Shown here piece after piece: positions 9,642-19,994 of a stretch of DNA of 64,000 nt; positions within the stretch are counted from its first letter, which is position 1, and the number at the start of each line of letters is the position of its first letter. The translations under genes and the position numbers were made by a program. Location of the stretch: the NCBI GenBank assembly GCA_035539155.1, contig DATLIZ010000041.1:135776-199775 (forward strand). The letters are read 5' to 3'. The notes below the pieces were generated by a model. It had not been told where the DNA came from. It saw only the letters and a program-made list of their open reading frames with translations, and ran no database searches. The DNA is from Aliidongia sp. GTDB lineage: Bacteria; Pseudomonadota; Alphaproteobacteria; ATCC43930; CGMCC-115725.

Positions 9642-10832
9642 ATGCGACGAACCTTCCTGGATAAGCAGACACGAATGGCTCACGACCTTATCGACGCGCT
9701 CAAGCTGCACGACCTCTGGTTGAAAGGAAGAGGCGGCCAGCGGCTCGATATGCCGTGGGCCGATTTTTCCGGCTCCAGCCTCGCCGGCTGCAACCTGCGC
9801 AAGGCGCGGCTGCCGGGCGCGCGTTTCGATTATGCCGACATCAACTCGGCGAATTTTTCCGAGGCCGACCTGTTCGCGGCCAATTTCGACAATGCCCAGC
9901 TTTATCAGGCCAATATGCAGCGCGCCGATCTGCGCGGCGCCACGTTTCGCAACGCCATGCTGGCCGAGGTCGATTTCACCGACGCCGATTTGACCGGCGG
10001 TGTGCTGTTCGACGCCCGGCCAGGCGATAAGAAGATGACGAACCAACTCGGTAGCCACGCCGGCGTCGATCTCAGACATGCTGATCTCAGCGGCGCGCGA
10101 GGAACCGCCTCAGTCTTCCAGGGCGCCATGCTCGCCGGCGCCAAGCTCCGCGGCATCGATCTCTCGGGCGCCGATCTACGCCGGGTCGATCTCACCGGCG
10201 CCGATCTTACCGGCGCCGATCTTACCGGCGCCGATCTCCGCTCCGCCATCCTGACCGCGACCAACATGACCGGCGCCAAGACCGACGGCGCCAACCTCGA
10301 CCTCACCATCGGCTACACGCCCGGCTCGGACAGCCTCAACCCCGATCTCAGGGACATGATCGCGCGCCATTGCACCTGGGCCCAGACCTTCGGGGCCAAG
10401 GGCAGCCAGGCAAATTTCACCAACGCGGATCTGCGCGGCTTCGACCTCGCTAGCCTCGACCTCTCGGCAGCCGTCTTCAAAGGCGCCAACCTGACGGGCG
10501 TCAGCCTGAGCCGCGGGACCTTCCTGCTGTGCGACTTCACCGACGCCGCCATGACCGGCTGTGACATTTCCAGAGCCAGCCTGCGCGGCGCCTCGTTCAA
10601 GAATGCCGTGCTGGAATGCGCCAACCTCGAGGATGCCGACATCAGCGCCGCCGACATTCTCGACGCCCAACGCAAGCCGACCGGCCGGAAATGGCCGGCC
10701 AACTTCATGGGCGCCAAGCTCACCGGCGCCCGGATGGCCCGCACCCGGCTCGACGGCGCCAACATGATCGGCGCGGATCTCGCCGGCGTCGATATGAGCA
10801 AGGCGATGACCGAGGGCGTCCGCTTCAAATAA
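9642..10832 (+). CDS. pentapeptide-repeat protein
   Basis: Continuous A(D/N)LxG/A(D/N)LxxA pentapeptide repeats throughout, for example DLTGADLTGADLTGADLRSA. Confidence 0.85.
   Translation: MRRTFLDKQTRMAHDLIDALKLHDLWLKGRGGQRLDMPWADFSGSSLAGCNLRKARLPGARFDYADINSANFSEADLFAANFDNAQLYQANMQRADLRGATFRNAMLAEVDFTDADLTGGVLFDARPGDKKMTNQLGSHAGVDLRHADLSGARGTASVFQGAMLAGAKLRGIDLSGADLRRVDLTGADLTGADLTGADLRSAILTATNMTGAKTDGANLDLTIGYTPGSDSLNPDLRDMIARHCTWAQTFGAKGSQANFTNADLRGFDLASLDLSAAVFKGANLTGVSLSRGTFLLCDFTDAAMTGCDISRASLRGASFKNAVLECANLEDADISAADILDAQRKPTGRKWPANFMGAKLTGARMARTRLDGANMIGADLAGVDMSKAMTEGVRFK
10165..10240 (+). repeat. tandem ~15-bp DNA repeats (ccggcgccgatctta x3-4) encoding pentapeptide repeats
   Basis: Direct tandem copies visible at 10195-10239 and degenerate copies upstream; they lie inside the pentapeptide CDS and are coding, not a CRISPR array. 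Confidence 0.7.
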
Positions 10833-10835
10833 GCG

Positions 10836-13800
10836 TCAGGGCTTGGCGGGTGCCGGGGACCCGCCCGGATCGGGCGCGTCGAACAGAAACAGCCGCCTCA
10901 GCATGCCGGGCGCCAGCGTGCTCAGTGGGTTGACCGTGATCTTCGGATCGTCGATCGGCCCGCCCATGCGGAAATTCGCGGAAAAGACGCCGCCCCCCTC
11001 ACCGCCGGTTAGGAGATCGCCGAGCAGCGGCACATTGCCGAGCACGCTGTTCAGCGTATAGGCCGGCACCAGCAGCCCGTCGAGCGACAGGGTGTTGGCG
11101 CCGAGATCGATCGAGCCGTCGATATTGACCCCCATCGCCCCGCCATAGGCGCGGGCGTGGTTCAGGGCGAGCTTGTGGTCGTAGAGTTCGAAATCGCCCT
11201 TGAGCGTTGTGAAGGGGATACCGTCGCCGGTCATCAGGTTGGCGATCGAGGCGAAGGAGGCGAGCGACAGCAGCCGCACCATGAAGGGCGCGCCGACGAA
11301 CCGGTAATCCTTGCCCTCGACATGGCCGGTGAAGCGCCGCCCCTCCGGTGCGGGCTTGGAATCGCCGGTGACGGTCAGATTGCCGCCATGGACGCTGTCG
11401 GTGATGTCGGCCAGCCGCATCAGCGCGCCGTAATCGTCGGTCGCCAGCGCGAAGCGCCCGCCATCCTCGACATGGTCGAGCCGGAAGCTGACCTTGCCCG
11501 CCTTGTCGAAGGCGGCGTTCAAGCTGCCGGCCGCGAGCGTATGATCGGCAACGGCGGCGCTGAGCTGCACGTTCTTGAGCTCGCGGTCGGTTCCCAGGAT
11601 CACGCGGTCGCCTTGCAGCTCCAGCACCACCGCCGGCCCCTTGTCCGCGCCGGGCTTGTCGTCCTTCTGCTTGTCGAGCCGATCGACCATCTTGGCCATG
11701 TCGATGACCGGCCCGTGCATGCCGATGCGCCAGGGCTCGTCCTGATGGGTGACCGTCAGCACCGCTTCGGTCCGGCCGACATGCAGGCGGGAGAGATCGG
11801 CACGAGCGAGCTTGCCGTCGGCGAAATCGAGTCCGCCCTTGAGGTCGAGATCGGGCGCCTTCAGCGACAGGCCCTCGATCCGGTTGAGCATTCCGTCCGT
11901 GGTGATGAGGGTGAGATCGGCATGGGCAGCGGCACCTGGCGCCTTCTGCCAGCCGAACTCGTCGATGCTCATCGCGGCACCGGCGAGATCGAGGCCGAGC
12001 ACGGCGCGGTTGTGATGGCCGTCGAGATCGTCATAGAGCATCTCGGTCGCGACCGGGCCATGCACACGGTCGGGCAGCGGATCGGCATTGAAGCGCTGCC
12101 GCGCCGCATCGTCGAGCACGGCCTTGGCGCGCACCTCCGTTCGCGGCGGCGCGGTGCCGGACAGGCGCTGCCGCATCGACAGCTCGGTCGGCACATCGCC
12201 GATCTTGGCGTTGCCCTGGAGCGTCAGCTTCTGCGGATCGAGCGCCAGCGCCATGGTGCCGGCGGTAAGGTCGTGGCCGAACGCGGCCTTGCCGATCGCC
12301 AGATCGGTAAGCTGCGCCTTTGCGCCGTAATCGACCTCGGCGAAGCTCAGCGCGTTCTTGAGCGGAAACTGAAAATGCAGCGTGCCATCGACGGCGCCCT
12401 CGACGGTGGCAACATCGATGCCCATGGCCTTGCCGTAAGAGAGCGGCTTGGTATCCAGCACGGTGAGCACGTCGCGCGTCGGTCCCTGCAGCGCCAGATC
12501 GATGGTCATGCGCTCGAAGGGGGCGCCGAACTGGTCGATCGTGACCAGACCGCTGGAAATCGACAGGCCCTTGAGCCGGCCCGATGTGAGCGTGAAGTCG
12601 AGCTTGTCGGGCGCGAAGCCGACGCGTGCATCGGCGCCCTCGATCCGTGGCAGGCCGCGCATATACTGGATCGTCCCGTTGCGCACATTCATGCCGCCGG
12701 AGAGGCGCTGAAGCTGCATCGGCTTGTCGGCGGCGCCGGGCGTGAGATCGAACCCGATATCGGCATGCAGCTCCTCGATCGCGCCGACCGTGAGATTGGC
12801 GGCGATCCAGTCATGAGCATGGTCGGACAGTCCCGGCGGCCAGATCGCGGCCAGGCGCTCGAGCGGCAGGTCGCGGACGGCGACGTTGCCGGCGATATCG
12901 ACGGGACCGCTCGGCATGCCGCCGGACAGAAGATCGGGCGGCAGCTTCGTCGCCATGCCGGTCACCGCGACAACGGGGCCGCCGAGATCGAGCCTGAGCG
13001 TGCCGAGCGTCAGCTTGCCCTCGGCCGGATCGAACTGCGCTTCGAGCCCCGCGCTGGTCACGGACAGCCGGCCGCCGGCCAGATGCGGGTCTATCAGGGC
13101 GCCGGCGCCGCCATCGATCCGGACGGTCATCGGACCGACCTGGCCGCCGGCCAGATCGAGCGTGCCGCCGAAGCCGGCGGAAAGCGGCAGCGCCAGCTCC
13201 TTCATCGGCGCGAACGCGGCCGGCAGCGCCTCGGCCAACTTGGCCGGGTCGACCCCGTCCGTGCTGGTCGAGAAGGCGAGCTGACGGGTCGTGGCGTCGT
13301 AGTGGAAATGGCCATAGGCCCGGGCGGTGGACCGGCCGAGCCCGATCGTGGCCGAGAGATCCGCCTCGACGCCTTCGGTGAGGCGGGTAAGGTCGAGCTC
13401 GGCATCCGACAACTGCCAGGCGACGCCGAGCGCCTTGTCGTCGACGGTGAAATTCGCGCGCAGGATCGAGATCTGGTTGAGGTAGCTGATCGGGGCGCCG
13501 GGCTCGCGCTTGCCGGCGAAAGTGGCGAGCAGCGCCTTGAGCGGTGGCGGCGGTTCTGCAAGCGCCGGCTCCGAGACGGCCGACGGCGTGCCGGCGCCGA
13601 GATCGACTCCGAGCTCGCCCGCCTCGTTCCGTACCAGATGCAGCGCCGGCCCGATCACCGCGATGCGGGTCGCGGCGATGCCGCCGCGCAGCAACGCATG
13701 CAGGCTGAGCGAGATGGAGAGCTTCGGCACCGCGATGATCTGGATGCCGGCCGGGTCCTCGATGCGGATGTCGGAACCGACGAGATCGATGGTCGAGCGC

Positions 13801-14090
13801 CCGGACGTCCAGCTCAGGGCTGTCCGGTCGATATGGATGGTCAGCAGATCGGCGCGGGCATTGAGGTAGGCGACCACCGCCGGGGTCAGCCAATTGACCT
13901 CGACCGGACCCAGCTCCAGCCGCAGCATGAGCAGCACCCCCGCCAGCAGCACGGCCGCGAGCAGGCCGCCGACAGCTTCGACCAGCAGGACGAACGGACG
14001 GAAGCGGCGCTTGCGCGGCGGCGTAGGCTCCGGCGGCGTCTCGTCTTCCTCGAGCGCCCGCCAATCCTCGCTCTTGCTGTCGCCCTTCAC
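10836..14090 (-). CDS. YhdP/AsmA-like large envelope protein (DUF3971 family)
   Basis: 1084-aa ORF starting at GTG with an AGGAAA RBS. It has an N-terminal TM helix (FVLLVEAVGGLLAAVLLAGVLLML) and a long predicted beta-rich body; the C-terminus (NFRMGGPIDDPKITVNPLSTL) resembles the AsmA/YhdP C-terminal region. Confidence 0.6.
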   Translation of the reverse strand: MKGDSKSEDWRALEEDETPPEPTPPRKRRFRPFVLLVEAVGGLLAAVLLAGVLLMLRLELGPVEVNWLTPAVVAYLNARADLLTIHIDRTALSWTSGRSTIDLVGSDIRIEDPAGIQIIAVPKLSISLSLHALLRGGIAATRIAVIGPALHLVRNEAGELGVDLGAGTPSAVSEPALAEPPPPLKALLATFAGKREPGAPISYLNQISILRANFTVDDKALGVAWQLSDAELDLTRLTEGVEADLSATIGLGRSTARAYGHFHYDATTRQLAFSTSTDGVDPAKLAEALPAAFAPMKELALPLSAGFGGTLDLAGGQVGPMTVRIDGGAGALIDPHLAGGRLSVTSAGLEAQFDPAEGKLTLGTLRLDLGGPVVAVTGMATKLPPDLLSGGMPSGPVDIAGNVAVRDLPLERLAAIWPPGLSDHAHDWIAANLTVGAIEELHADIGFDLTPGAADKPMQLQRLSGGMNVRNGTIQYMRGLPRIEGADARVGFAPDKLDFTLTSGRLKGLSISSGLVTIDQFGAPFERMTIDLALQGPTRDVLTVLDTKPLSYGKAMGIDVATVEGAVDGTLHFQFPLKNALSFAEVDYGAKAQLTDLAIGKAAFGHDLTAGTMALALDPQKLTLQGNAKIGDVPTELSMRQRLSGTAPPRTEVRAKAVLDDAARQRFNADPLPDRVHGPVATEMLYDDLDGHHNRAVLGLDLAGAAMSIDEFGWQKAPGAAAHADLTLITTDGMLNRIEGLSLKAPDLDLKGGLDFADGKLARADLSRLHVGRTEAVLTVTHQDEPWRIGMHGPVIDMAKMVDRLDKQKDDKPGADKGPAVVLELQGDRVILGTDRELKNVQLSAAVADHTLAAGSLNAAFDKAGKVSFRLDHVEDGGRFALATDDYGALMRLADITDSVHGGNLTVTGDSKPAPEGRRFTGHVEGKDYRFVGAPFMVRLLSLASFASIANLMTGDGIPFTTLKGDFELYDHKLALNHARAYGGAMGVNIDGSIDLGANTLSLDGLLVPAYTLNSVLGNVPLLGDLLTGGEGGGVFSANFRMGGPIDDPKITVNPLSTLAPGMLRRLFLFDAPDPGGSPAPAKP

Positions 14091-14164
14091 CGCGTTTCCT
14101 TGCGGCCCGGCCGCGCCGGCGCTACCAGTGGTGCCGCTATGAGTGACGCAGGCCGCGCGGGATC

Positions 14165-17100
14165 ATGCGGGATCGCGGCCAGGATATACAGTCGATGGAT
14201 CACACTTTGTCTTTCGTGGCGGCTCACCAGTTCGCCGATATGCCGGCCCCGGCCGATCGCGGCCAAGCCGATATCGAATGGGAGCGCTGGCGGCAGACGG
14301 CTGCGAACGCCGATCCGGCTCTTGCCGACGCGATGCACGCCGCGGAAGCATTGCCGGCGGCGCGGCGTTGGCTCGATGCCATATTCGGCAATTCTCCCTA
14401 CCTGACCCGCCTGGCGTTGCGGGATCCGGCCATCGTCTCGACGGTAATGCGCCAGGGTCCGGACCACACCTTGGCCGAAGTCATCGGCGCGCTCAACGCC
14501 GAAACAGCGCAAGAAGCGCGCCCGGAGGTCATGTCGCGCCTGCGCCGCGTCAAGCGCCAGGCCGCTCTCATCATCGCCATGGCGGATATCGGCGCGGTCT
14601 GGCCGCTCGATCGGGTCACCCGCGCGCTCAGCGACCTCGCCGACGCCGCCCTCGGCGCCGGCCTCCGCTACCTGCTGCGCACGGCGGCATCGGCCGGTCA
14701 GATCACGCTCGCCCACCCCGACTCGCCCGAACGCGAGAGCGGCGTCTTCATCCTCGGCATGGGCAAGCTCGGCGCGCATGAGCTGAACTATTCGAGCGAT
14801 ATCGACCTCATCATCCTGTTCGACACGGAAAAGGTGCAATATCACGGCCGCGACAGCGTGCAGGGGCTGATGGCCCGCTTGGCGCGCGATCTGGTCAAGC
14901 TGCTCGAAGAACGCACGGCGGACGGTTATGTGTTCCGCACGGACCTCAGATTGCGCCCCGACCCGGCCTCGACCCCGCCCGCCGTCTCGGTCGCGGCGGC
15001 CGAAGGCTATTACGGCAGCCTCGGCCAGAATTGGGAGCGCGCCGCCCTGATCAAGGCGCGGCCGGTCGCCGGCGATCTCGAGGCCGGCCGGGCGTTCCTG
15101 GCGGCGCTGACGCCTTTCCTGTGGCGCAAGCATCTCGATTTCGCGGCGATTCGCGACATCCATTCGATCAAGCGCCAGATCAACGCCCGGCATGGCGGCT
15201 CGACCGAAAGCATCGCCGGCCACAACATCAAGCTCGGCCATGGCGGCATCCGCGAGATCGAGTTCTTCGCGCAGACCCAGCAGCTCATCTGGGGCGGCAG
15301 GCTGCCGAGCCTCCGGTCGAGCTCGACCATCGAGACGCTGTTCGGGCTGGTCGCGGCCGGCCGGATCGAACGGCGCGTCGCCGAGGAGCTGGCGGCGGCC
15401 TACGGTTTCCTGCGCCGGGTCGAGCATCGCCTGCAGATGATCGAGGACAGCCAGACCCACACGCTGCCGCAGGAAACGGCGTCGCTGAACCGGCTGGCGA
15501 TCTTTCTCGGCTATGCCGATCAGCAAGCCTTCGCGGCGGCGCTCATCGCCGAGCTGACGCGCGTGCAGCGGCATTTCGGCGAGCTGTTCCGGGATTCGCC
15601 GCCGCTCTCCGCCGGCGGCAACCTCGTCTTCACCGGCAAGGAGCCGGACCCCGAAACGCTGGCGACGCTCCGCCATATGGGCTTCAAGCAGGCCGAGCGG
15701 GTCGCCGAGATCATCAGCGGCTGGCATCGCGGCTGGCTGCGCGCGACCCGGTCGCTGCGCGCGCGCGAGATCCTGACCGAGCTGGTGCCCAGCCTGCTGC
15801 GCGCGCTCGGGCGCACCGCCGATCCGGATTTCGCCTTCACCCGCTTCGACGAGTTCCTCAGCCGCCTGCCGGCAGGCGTGCAGCTCCTGTCGCTGTTCCA
15901 GCATCGGCCCGAGCTGCTGGGCCTCGTCGCCGAGATCATGGGCGAGGCGCCGTTGCTGGCGGTGCAGCTTGCGCGCCGGCCGCTGCTGCTCGACGCCGTG
16001 CTGACGGAAGGTTTCTTCGCGAGCCTGCCCAAGGCGCCCGAGGAAGCACTCGCCGTCCTGGCCGCCGATCTCGAGCTCGGCCTCGGCCATGCCCGCCACT
16101 TCGAGGATCTGCTCGATCTCACCCGCCGCTGGGCGAGCGATCGGCGCTTCCAGATCGGCGTTCAGCTTCTGCAAGGCCGGATCGACGGCGATCGGGCCGG
16201 TCGCGACTTCACCCTCATCGCCGAGACCGCGATCGCGGCACTCGCACCGCTGGTCCAGACCGAGTTCGCGCGCAGCCACGGCGTCGTTCCCGGCGCCAGC
16301 TTCGCCATACTGGGCCTGGGCAAGCTCGGCAGCCGCGAGATGAACGCGCTGTCGGATCTCGATCTCATCTTCATCTACCGGGCGGCCGAGGCGGTCGAGC
16401 AGTCCGACGGCCCCCGCCCCCTGCCGGTGATCAGCTATTTCGCGCGTCTCAGCCAGCGCATCATCTCGGCGCTTGCCGCCATGACCGGCGAAGGCGTGCT
16501 CTACGAGGTCGATATGCGGCTCAGACCCTCGGGCAATGCCGGGCCGATCGCCTCCAGCCTCGAATCCTTCCGCCGCTATCACGAGGAAGACGCCTGGACC
16601 TGGGAACGCATGGCGCTGACGCGGGCGCGGGTGATCACCGGCGATGCCGGACTCGGCCGCGATATCGACCAGGCGATCCGAGCCATCCTGACCAAGACGC
16701 GCGATCCCGGGACGCTGCTGCGCGACGTGGCCGATATGCGCCGGCGGATCGCCAAGGCCCATCACGACCCCCTGCCCTGGGACTGCAAGCATCGCCGCGG
16801 CGCGCTCGTCGATCTCGAGTTCATCGCGCAATATCTGGCGCTGGAGCAGGCGCCGCGCGATGCCTCGGTGCTCACCGTGCCGACCAGCGCCGTGCTCGAG
16901 CGGATGATCGCCATCGGCCGCCTCGACTACCGGACCGGCCACGGCCTGATCCGCGCGCTGGAATCCTGGCACCGCATACAGCAGATCCTCCGCGTCAGGC
17001 TGGGCAAGGTCGAAAGCGAGCCGGTCGACGCCGATCTGATCGACCGCGCGCTCGCGCACGCGACCGGCCTCGCCGATCCCAAGAGCCAGCATCGGCGGCT

Positions 17101-17206
17101 GGCACGCATGGCTCTGCTGGTGCTCGCGCGCTACCAGCGCTTGATCGACCAGCCCGCCGGAATGTTAAAAGCATCGACCACAACCACGGAGCCGCCCTTA
17201 TCATGA
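14165..17206 (+). CDS. glnE: bifunctional [glutamine synthetase] adenylyltransferase/adenylyl-removing enzyme
   Basis: Roughly 1000-aa protein with two nucleotidyltransferase halves (GMGKLGAHELNYSSDIDLI and GLGKLGSREMNALSDLDLIF). An alternative start at 14195 is possible. Confidence 0.9.
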   Translation: MRDRGQDIQSMDHTLSFVAAHQFADMPAPADRGQADIEWERWRQTAANADPALADAMHAAEALPAARRWLDAIFGNSPYLTRLALRDPAIVSTVMRQGPDHTLAEVIGALNAETAQEARPEVMSRLRRVKRQAALIIAMADIGAVWPLDRVTRALSDLADAALGAGLRYLLRTAASAGQITLAHPDSPERESGVFILGMGKLGAHELNYSSDIDLIILFDTEKVQYHGRDSVQGLMARLARDLVKLLEERTADGYVFRTDLRLRPDPASTPPAVSVAAAEGYYGSLGQNWERAALIKARPVAGDLEAGRAFLAALTPFLWRKHLDFAAIRDIHSIKRQINARHGGSTESIAGHNIKLGHGGIREIEFFAQTQQLIWGGRLPSLRSSSTIETLFGLVAAGRIERRVAEELAAAYGFLRRVEHRLQMIEDSQTHTLPQETASLNRLAIFLGYADQQAFAAALIAELTRVQRHFGELFRDSPPLSAGGNLVFTGKEPDPETLATLRHMGFKQAERVAEIISGWHRGWLRATRSLRAREILTELVPSLLRALGRTADPDFAFTRFDEFLSRLPAGVQLLSLFQHRPELLGLVAEIMGEAPLLAVQLARRPLLLDAVLTEGFFASLPKAPEEALAVLAADLELGLGHARHFEDLLDLTRRWASDRRFQIGVQLLQGRIDGDRAGRDFTLIAETAIAALAPLVQTEFARSHGVVPGASFAILGLGKLGSREMNALSDLDLIFIYRAAEAVEQSDGPRPLPVISYFARLSQRIISALAAMTGEGVLYEVDMRLRPSGNAGPIASSLESFRRYHEEDAWTWERMALTRARVITGDAGLGRDIDQAIRAILTKTRDPGTLLRDVADMRRRIAKAHHDPLPWDCKHRRGALVDLEFIAQYLALEQAPRDASVLTVPTSAVLERMIAIGRLDYRTGHGLIRALESWHRIQQILRVRLGKVESEPVDADLIDRALAHATGLADPKSQHRRLARMALLVLARYQRLIDQPAGMLKASTTTTEPPLS

Positions 17207-17667
17207 CACTTTCGATCGGCGACAATGCCCCCGATTTCACGCTGCCGACCGACGGTGGAGGCTCGATCAGCCTCTCCGCCTGCAAGGGCAAGAAGGTGAT
17301 CCTCTATTTCTATCCGAAGGACGACACGCCGGGCTGCACGACGGAAGCTTGCGAGTTCCGCGACGCGGCACCCGACTTCACCGGCGCCGACGCCGTGGTG
17401 ATCGGCGTCTCCAAGGACAGCGCCGCAGCACATGACAAGTTCAAGGCCAAGCATTCGCTCAATTTCGCGCTGGCCGCCGACACGGACGGCAAGGTCGTCG
17501 AAAGCTACGACGCCTGGGTCGAGAAGAGCCTGTACGGCAAGAAATACATGGGCATCGACCGCTGCACCTTCCTGATCGACGGCGGCGGCGTCATTCGCGG
17601 CATCTGGCACAAGGTGAAGGTGCCGGGCCATGTCGCCGAGGTGCTGAAGGCAGCGCAGGCGCTCTGA
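17203..17667 (+). CDS. bcp: thioredoxin-dependent thiol peroxidase (peroxiredoxin Bcp)
   Basis: 154-aa protein with the FYPKDDTPGCTTEAC peroxiredoxin active site. Its start overlaps the glnE stop (ATGA). Confidence 0.9.
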   Translation: MTLSIGDNAPDFTLPTDGGGSISLSACKGKKVILYFYPKDDTPGCTTEACEFRDAAPDFTGADAVVIGVSKDSAAAHDKFKAKHSLNFALAADTDGKVVESYDAWVEKSLYGKKYMGIDRCTFLIDGGGVIRGIWHKVKVPGHVAEVLKAAQAL

Positions 17668-18470
17668 TGACGCTGCCGGCGACGCTCGGCGCCGGTGCCG
17701 CGGCAGTGCTGGAGACGGCACAGCCGGCGGACAAGGTGGCGCTCAGCCACGATATCGCCGCGGCCTGGCGCGCGGGATCGTTGCCGCTTGGCGACGGCCC
17801 GCCGCCGCCCGATCGCCCCGCCCGTCCACAGCACCCGGCCCTGCTGCTGCCGCGCGACATGCCGAAGCGGCGCTCGGCCGGCAGCCTGGCGAGCCGGATC
17901 GCCCTGCTCCACGCGCTCGCCCATATCGAGCTCAATGCGCTCGACCTCGCTTGGGACCTGATCGCCCGCTTCGGCGCGGACCTGCCGCAGGGCGGCCATG
18001 GCGATTGGGTCCGCGTCGCCGACGAGGAGGCGACCCATCACGCGCTGCTGGCCGAAAGGCTGGCCGCCCTCGGCGCCGCTTATGGCGATCTGCCGGCCCA
18101 TGACGGGCTGTGGCAGGCGGCGGAGGCAACTTCGCACGATCTCCTCGCCCGGCTCGCGGTCGTGCCGTTGGTGCTGGAAGCGCGCGGCCTCGACGTGACG
18201 CCGCCGATGATCGCGAGCCTGGAACAGGCGGGCGATGCCGAAAGCGCTGCCGTGCTGCGGCGGATCTACCGGGACGAGATCGGCCATGTCGCGATCGGGC
18301 GCCGCGCCTTCGAGCGCCTGTGCGCCGTGCGCGGCCTCGACCCGGCATCGACCTATCAGGAACTCGTCAGGCGCCACTTCAAGGGCAAGCTCAAGCGCCC
18401 CTTCAACACGAGCGCGCGCGACGAAGCCGGGCTCGAATCAGGCTTCTATGAAGCGCTGGCCGATATCTGA
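17667..18470 (+). CDS. DUF455 ferritin-like domain protein
   Basis: 267-aa protein with the HIELNALDLAWD ... DEIGHVAIG pattern typical of DUF455. Its start overlaps the bcp stop by 1 nt. Confidence 0.7.
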   Translation: MTLPATLGAGAAAVLETAQPADKVALSHDIAAAWRAGSLPLGDGPPPPDRPARPQHPALLLPRDMPKRRSAGSLASRIALLHALAHIELNALDLAWDLIARFGADLPQGGHGDWVRVADEEATHHALLAERLAALGAAYGDLPAHDGLWQAAEATSHDLLARLAVVPLVLEARGLDVTPPMIASLEQAGDAESAAVLRRIYRDEIGHVAIGRRAFERLCAVRGLDPASTYQELVRRHFKGKLKRPFNTSARDEAGLESGFYEALADI

Positions 18471-18496
18471 CCCATCATCGAGAGCAAGATCGACAT

Positions 18497-19027
18497 ATGC
18501 CATCCGTTCCGATCCTGGAAACACCGCGCCTACGCCTCCGCAGCCACGAGAAGACCGATCTCCCGACCTATCTGGCGATGCGGGCCCATCCGAACGTGTT
18601 CCGCTTCACCAGCGGCCGCCCTTTCACGCAGGAAGAGGCCTGGCAACGGATAATCATCTCCGTCGGGCAGTGGCTGCTGTCGGGCTTCGGGGTTTGGGCT
18701 ATCGAGGATAAGGCCTCGGGCGATTTCATCGGCGAGCTCGGCTTCAACGATGCGCGCCGGGACGGGCTCGCCTCGACCCACGGCATCCCGGAAGCGGGTT
18801 GGCTGCTGGCGGCGGACAGGCACGGCAAGGGCTATGCGACCGAAGCCGTGCGGGCGATCCATGAATGGGGCGACGCCCATTTCGCCGACGGACGCACCGT
18901 CTGCGCGGTGCGGGTCGGCAACCAGGCCTCGATCCGCCTGGCGGAAAGGATCGGATATCGCCTCAAGGAAGAGACTGTCTATCGCGAATTGCCCGTGCTT
19001 TTGTTCGAGCGCAACCGGCCTCTTTGA
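18497..19027 (+). CDS. GNAT family N-acetyltransferase (RimJ/RimL-like)
   Basis: 176 aa. TPRLRLR N-terminus and an acetyl-CoA-binding-like segment (HGKGYATEAVRAI). Confidence 0.8.
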   Translation: MPSVPILETPRLRLRSHEKTDLPTYLAMRAHPNVFRFTSGRPFTQEEAWQRIIISVGQWLLSGFGVWAIEDKASGDFIGELGFNDARRDGLASTHGIPEAGWLLAADRHGKGYATEAVRAIHEWGDAHFADGRTVCAVRVGNQASIRLAERIGYRLKEETVYRELPVLLFERNRPL

Positions 19028-19082
19028 CCGCGTAGAGGCATGTTCGAACAGAGACGTCCGATACCTAGCTCCGGGAGCGACC

Positions 19083-19994
19083 ATGGACCCGCTGCAGAAG
19101 CTGAACCAACTCCGCGCCGATCACGATACCGATCGGCCCGGCACGCTGGCCGCCCTTGCCGAGCTGGCGCTCACCCTGGACGAGGAGCTCGGCGCCTACG
19201 CTCAGCTCGTCAACCATGTCGTCGGCGACGAGGAGCGCGACCGTCCGCTGGCCGTTACCCTGCTGAGCCGGCTGCTGGCGCGCAAGCCCGAGGACGAGAC
19301 CGGTCTCGTCGGTGCCCATCTGGCGGTGGCGCTGTTCCTCAACGGCGACAGCACCGAGGCGCTCGAAGCCGAGCTCGCCGCCCGCCACCCCGGCGTGCCG
19401 ATCATCGGCTGGATCCGGCTGCGCTGTGCCGAATCCCTGGTCCAGGCCAAGGAGATGGAGGCGGGCGCCGTGCTCGTGACGGCGACATTCGACGGCCCGC
19501 TGCTGGCGGGAACGGCGCATGCCAGCAATTTCGACCGGCCGATCGCCGTCGCCTGCAACAATCTGGCGACCGGCCTGTTCGAGGCGCCGATGATCAGCCG
19601 GATCGGGGCCGAGGCGATCGAGCGGACGGCCCTTTTGAGCCGTACCTGCTGGATCCGCTGCGGCAGTTGGGTCCAGCATGAGCGCGCCGATTATCTCCTG
19701 GCTCTCGCCTATAACGCGCTGCGCCGCCACGATCTGGCCGAGGATGCCGCCCGCCACGGGCTCGATCTCATCGCGGCGCATGAGGGCGAAGCGGTCGATC
19801 GCGCCTTCCTCACCGTCGAACTGGCCCTGGCACTGGACCGGCTCGGCCGCGCCGAGGAAGCGGCGGCGGCGCGGCAGGAGGCGCTGCAGCTGGCCGAGCC
19901 CTTCCGCGAGAATGCCTTCCTCGCCCCCTGGTTCGACGGGCAATTCGCTCGGATCGACGGCGAATTGCCCGTGCTCGTCAGTCCGGAGGCTTGA
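19083..19994 (+). CDS. hypothetical protein (helical, TPR-like)
   Basis: MDPLQK start with a GGGAGCGA RBS; about 303 aa; no recognisable catalytic motif. Upstream in-frame ORF sequence (18750..) overlaps the GNAT gene and is not used. Confidence 0.5.
   Translation: MDPLQKLNQLRADHDTDRPGTLAALAELALTLDEELGAYAQLVNHVVGDEERDRPLAVTLLSRLLARKPEDETGLVGAHLAVALFLNGDSTEALEAELAARHPGVPIIGWIRLRCAESLVQAKEMEAGAVLVTATFDGPLLAGTAHASNFDRPIAVACNNLATGLFEAPMISRIGAEAIERTALLSRTCWIRCGSWVQHERADYLLALAYNALRRHDLAEDAARHGLDLIAAHEGEAVDRAFLTVELALALDRLGRAEEAAAARQEALQLAEPFRENAFLAPWFDGQFARIDGELPVLVSPEA

Noticed and set aside
10165-10240. Short tandem direct repeats that could look like a CRISPR array
   Set aside because: The 15-bp units are contiguous with no spacers, lie inside a CDS and simply encode pentapeptide repeats. 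No cas genes are present.
11157-14405. 1082-aa ORF on the plus strand covering the yhdP-like gene
   Set aside because: It is antisense to a gene with clear family features. The protein is Arg/Ala/Gly/Glu-rich low complexity typical of high-GC alternative frames, with no RBS or domain.
14087-17092. 1001-aa ORF antisense to glnE
   Set aside because: Same GC-driven artefact. glnE on the other strand has unmistakable duplicated nucleotidyltransferase motifs.
15031-17667. 878-aa ORF in an alternate frame of glnE that runs into bcp
   Set aside because: Only the last 154 codons (bcp, from the ATG at 17203) are real. The upstream part is an Arg/Pro-rich alternate frame of glnE.
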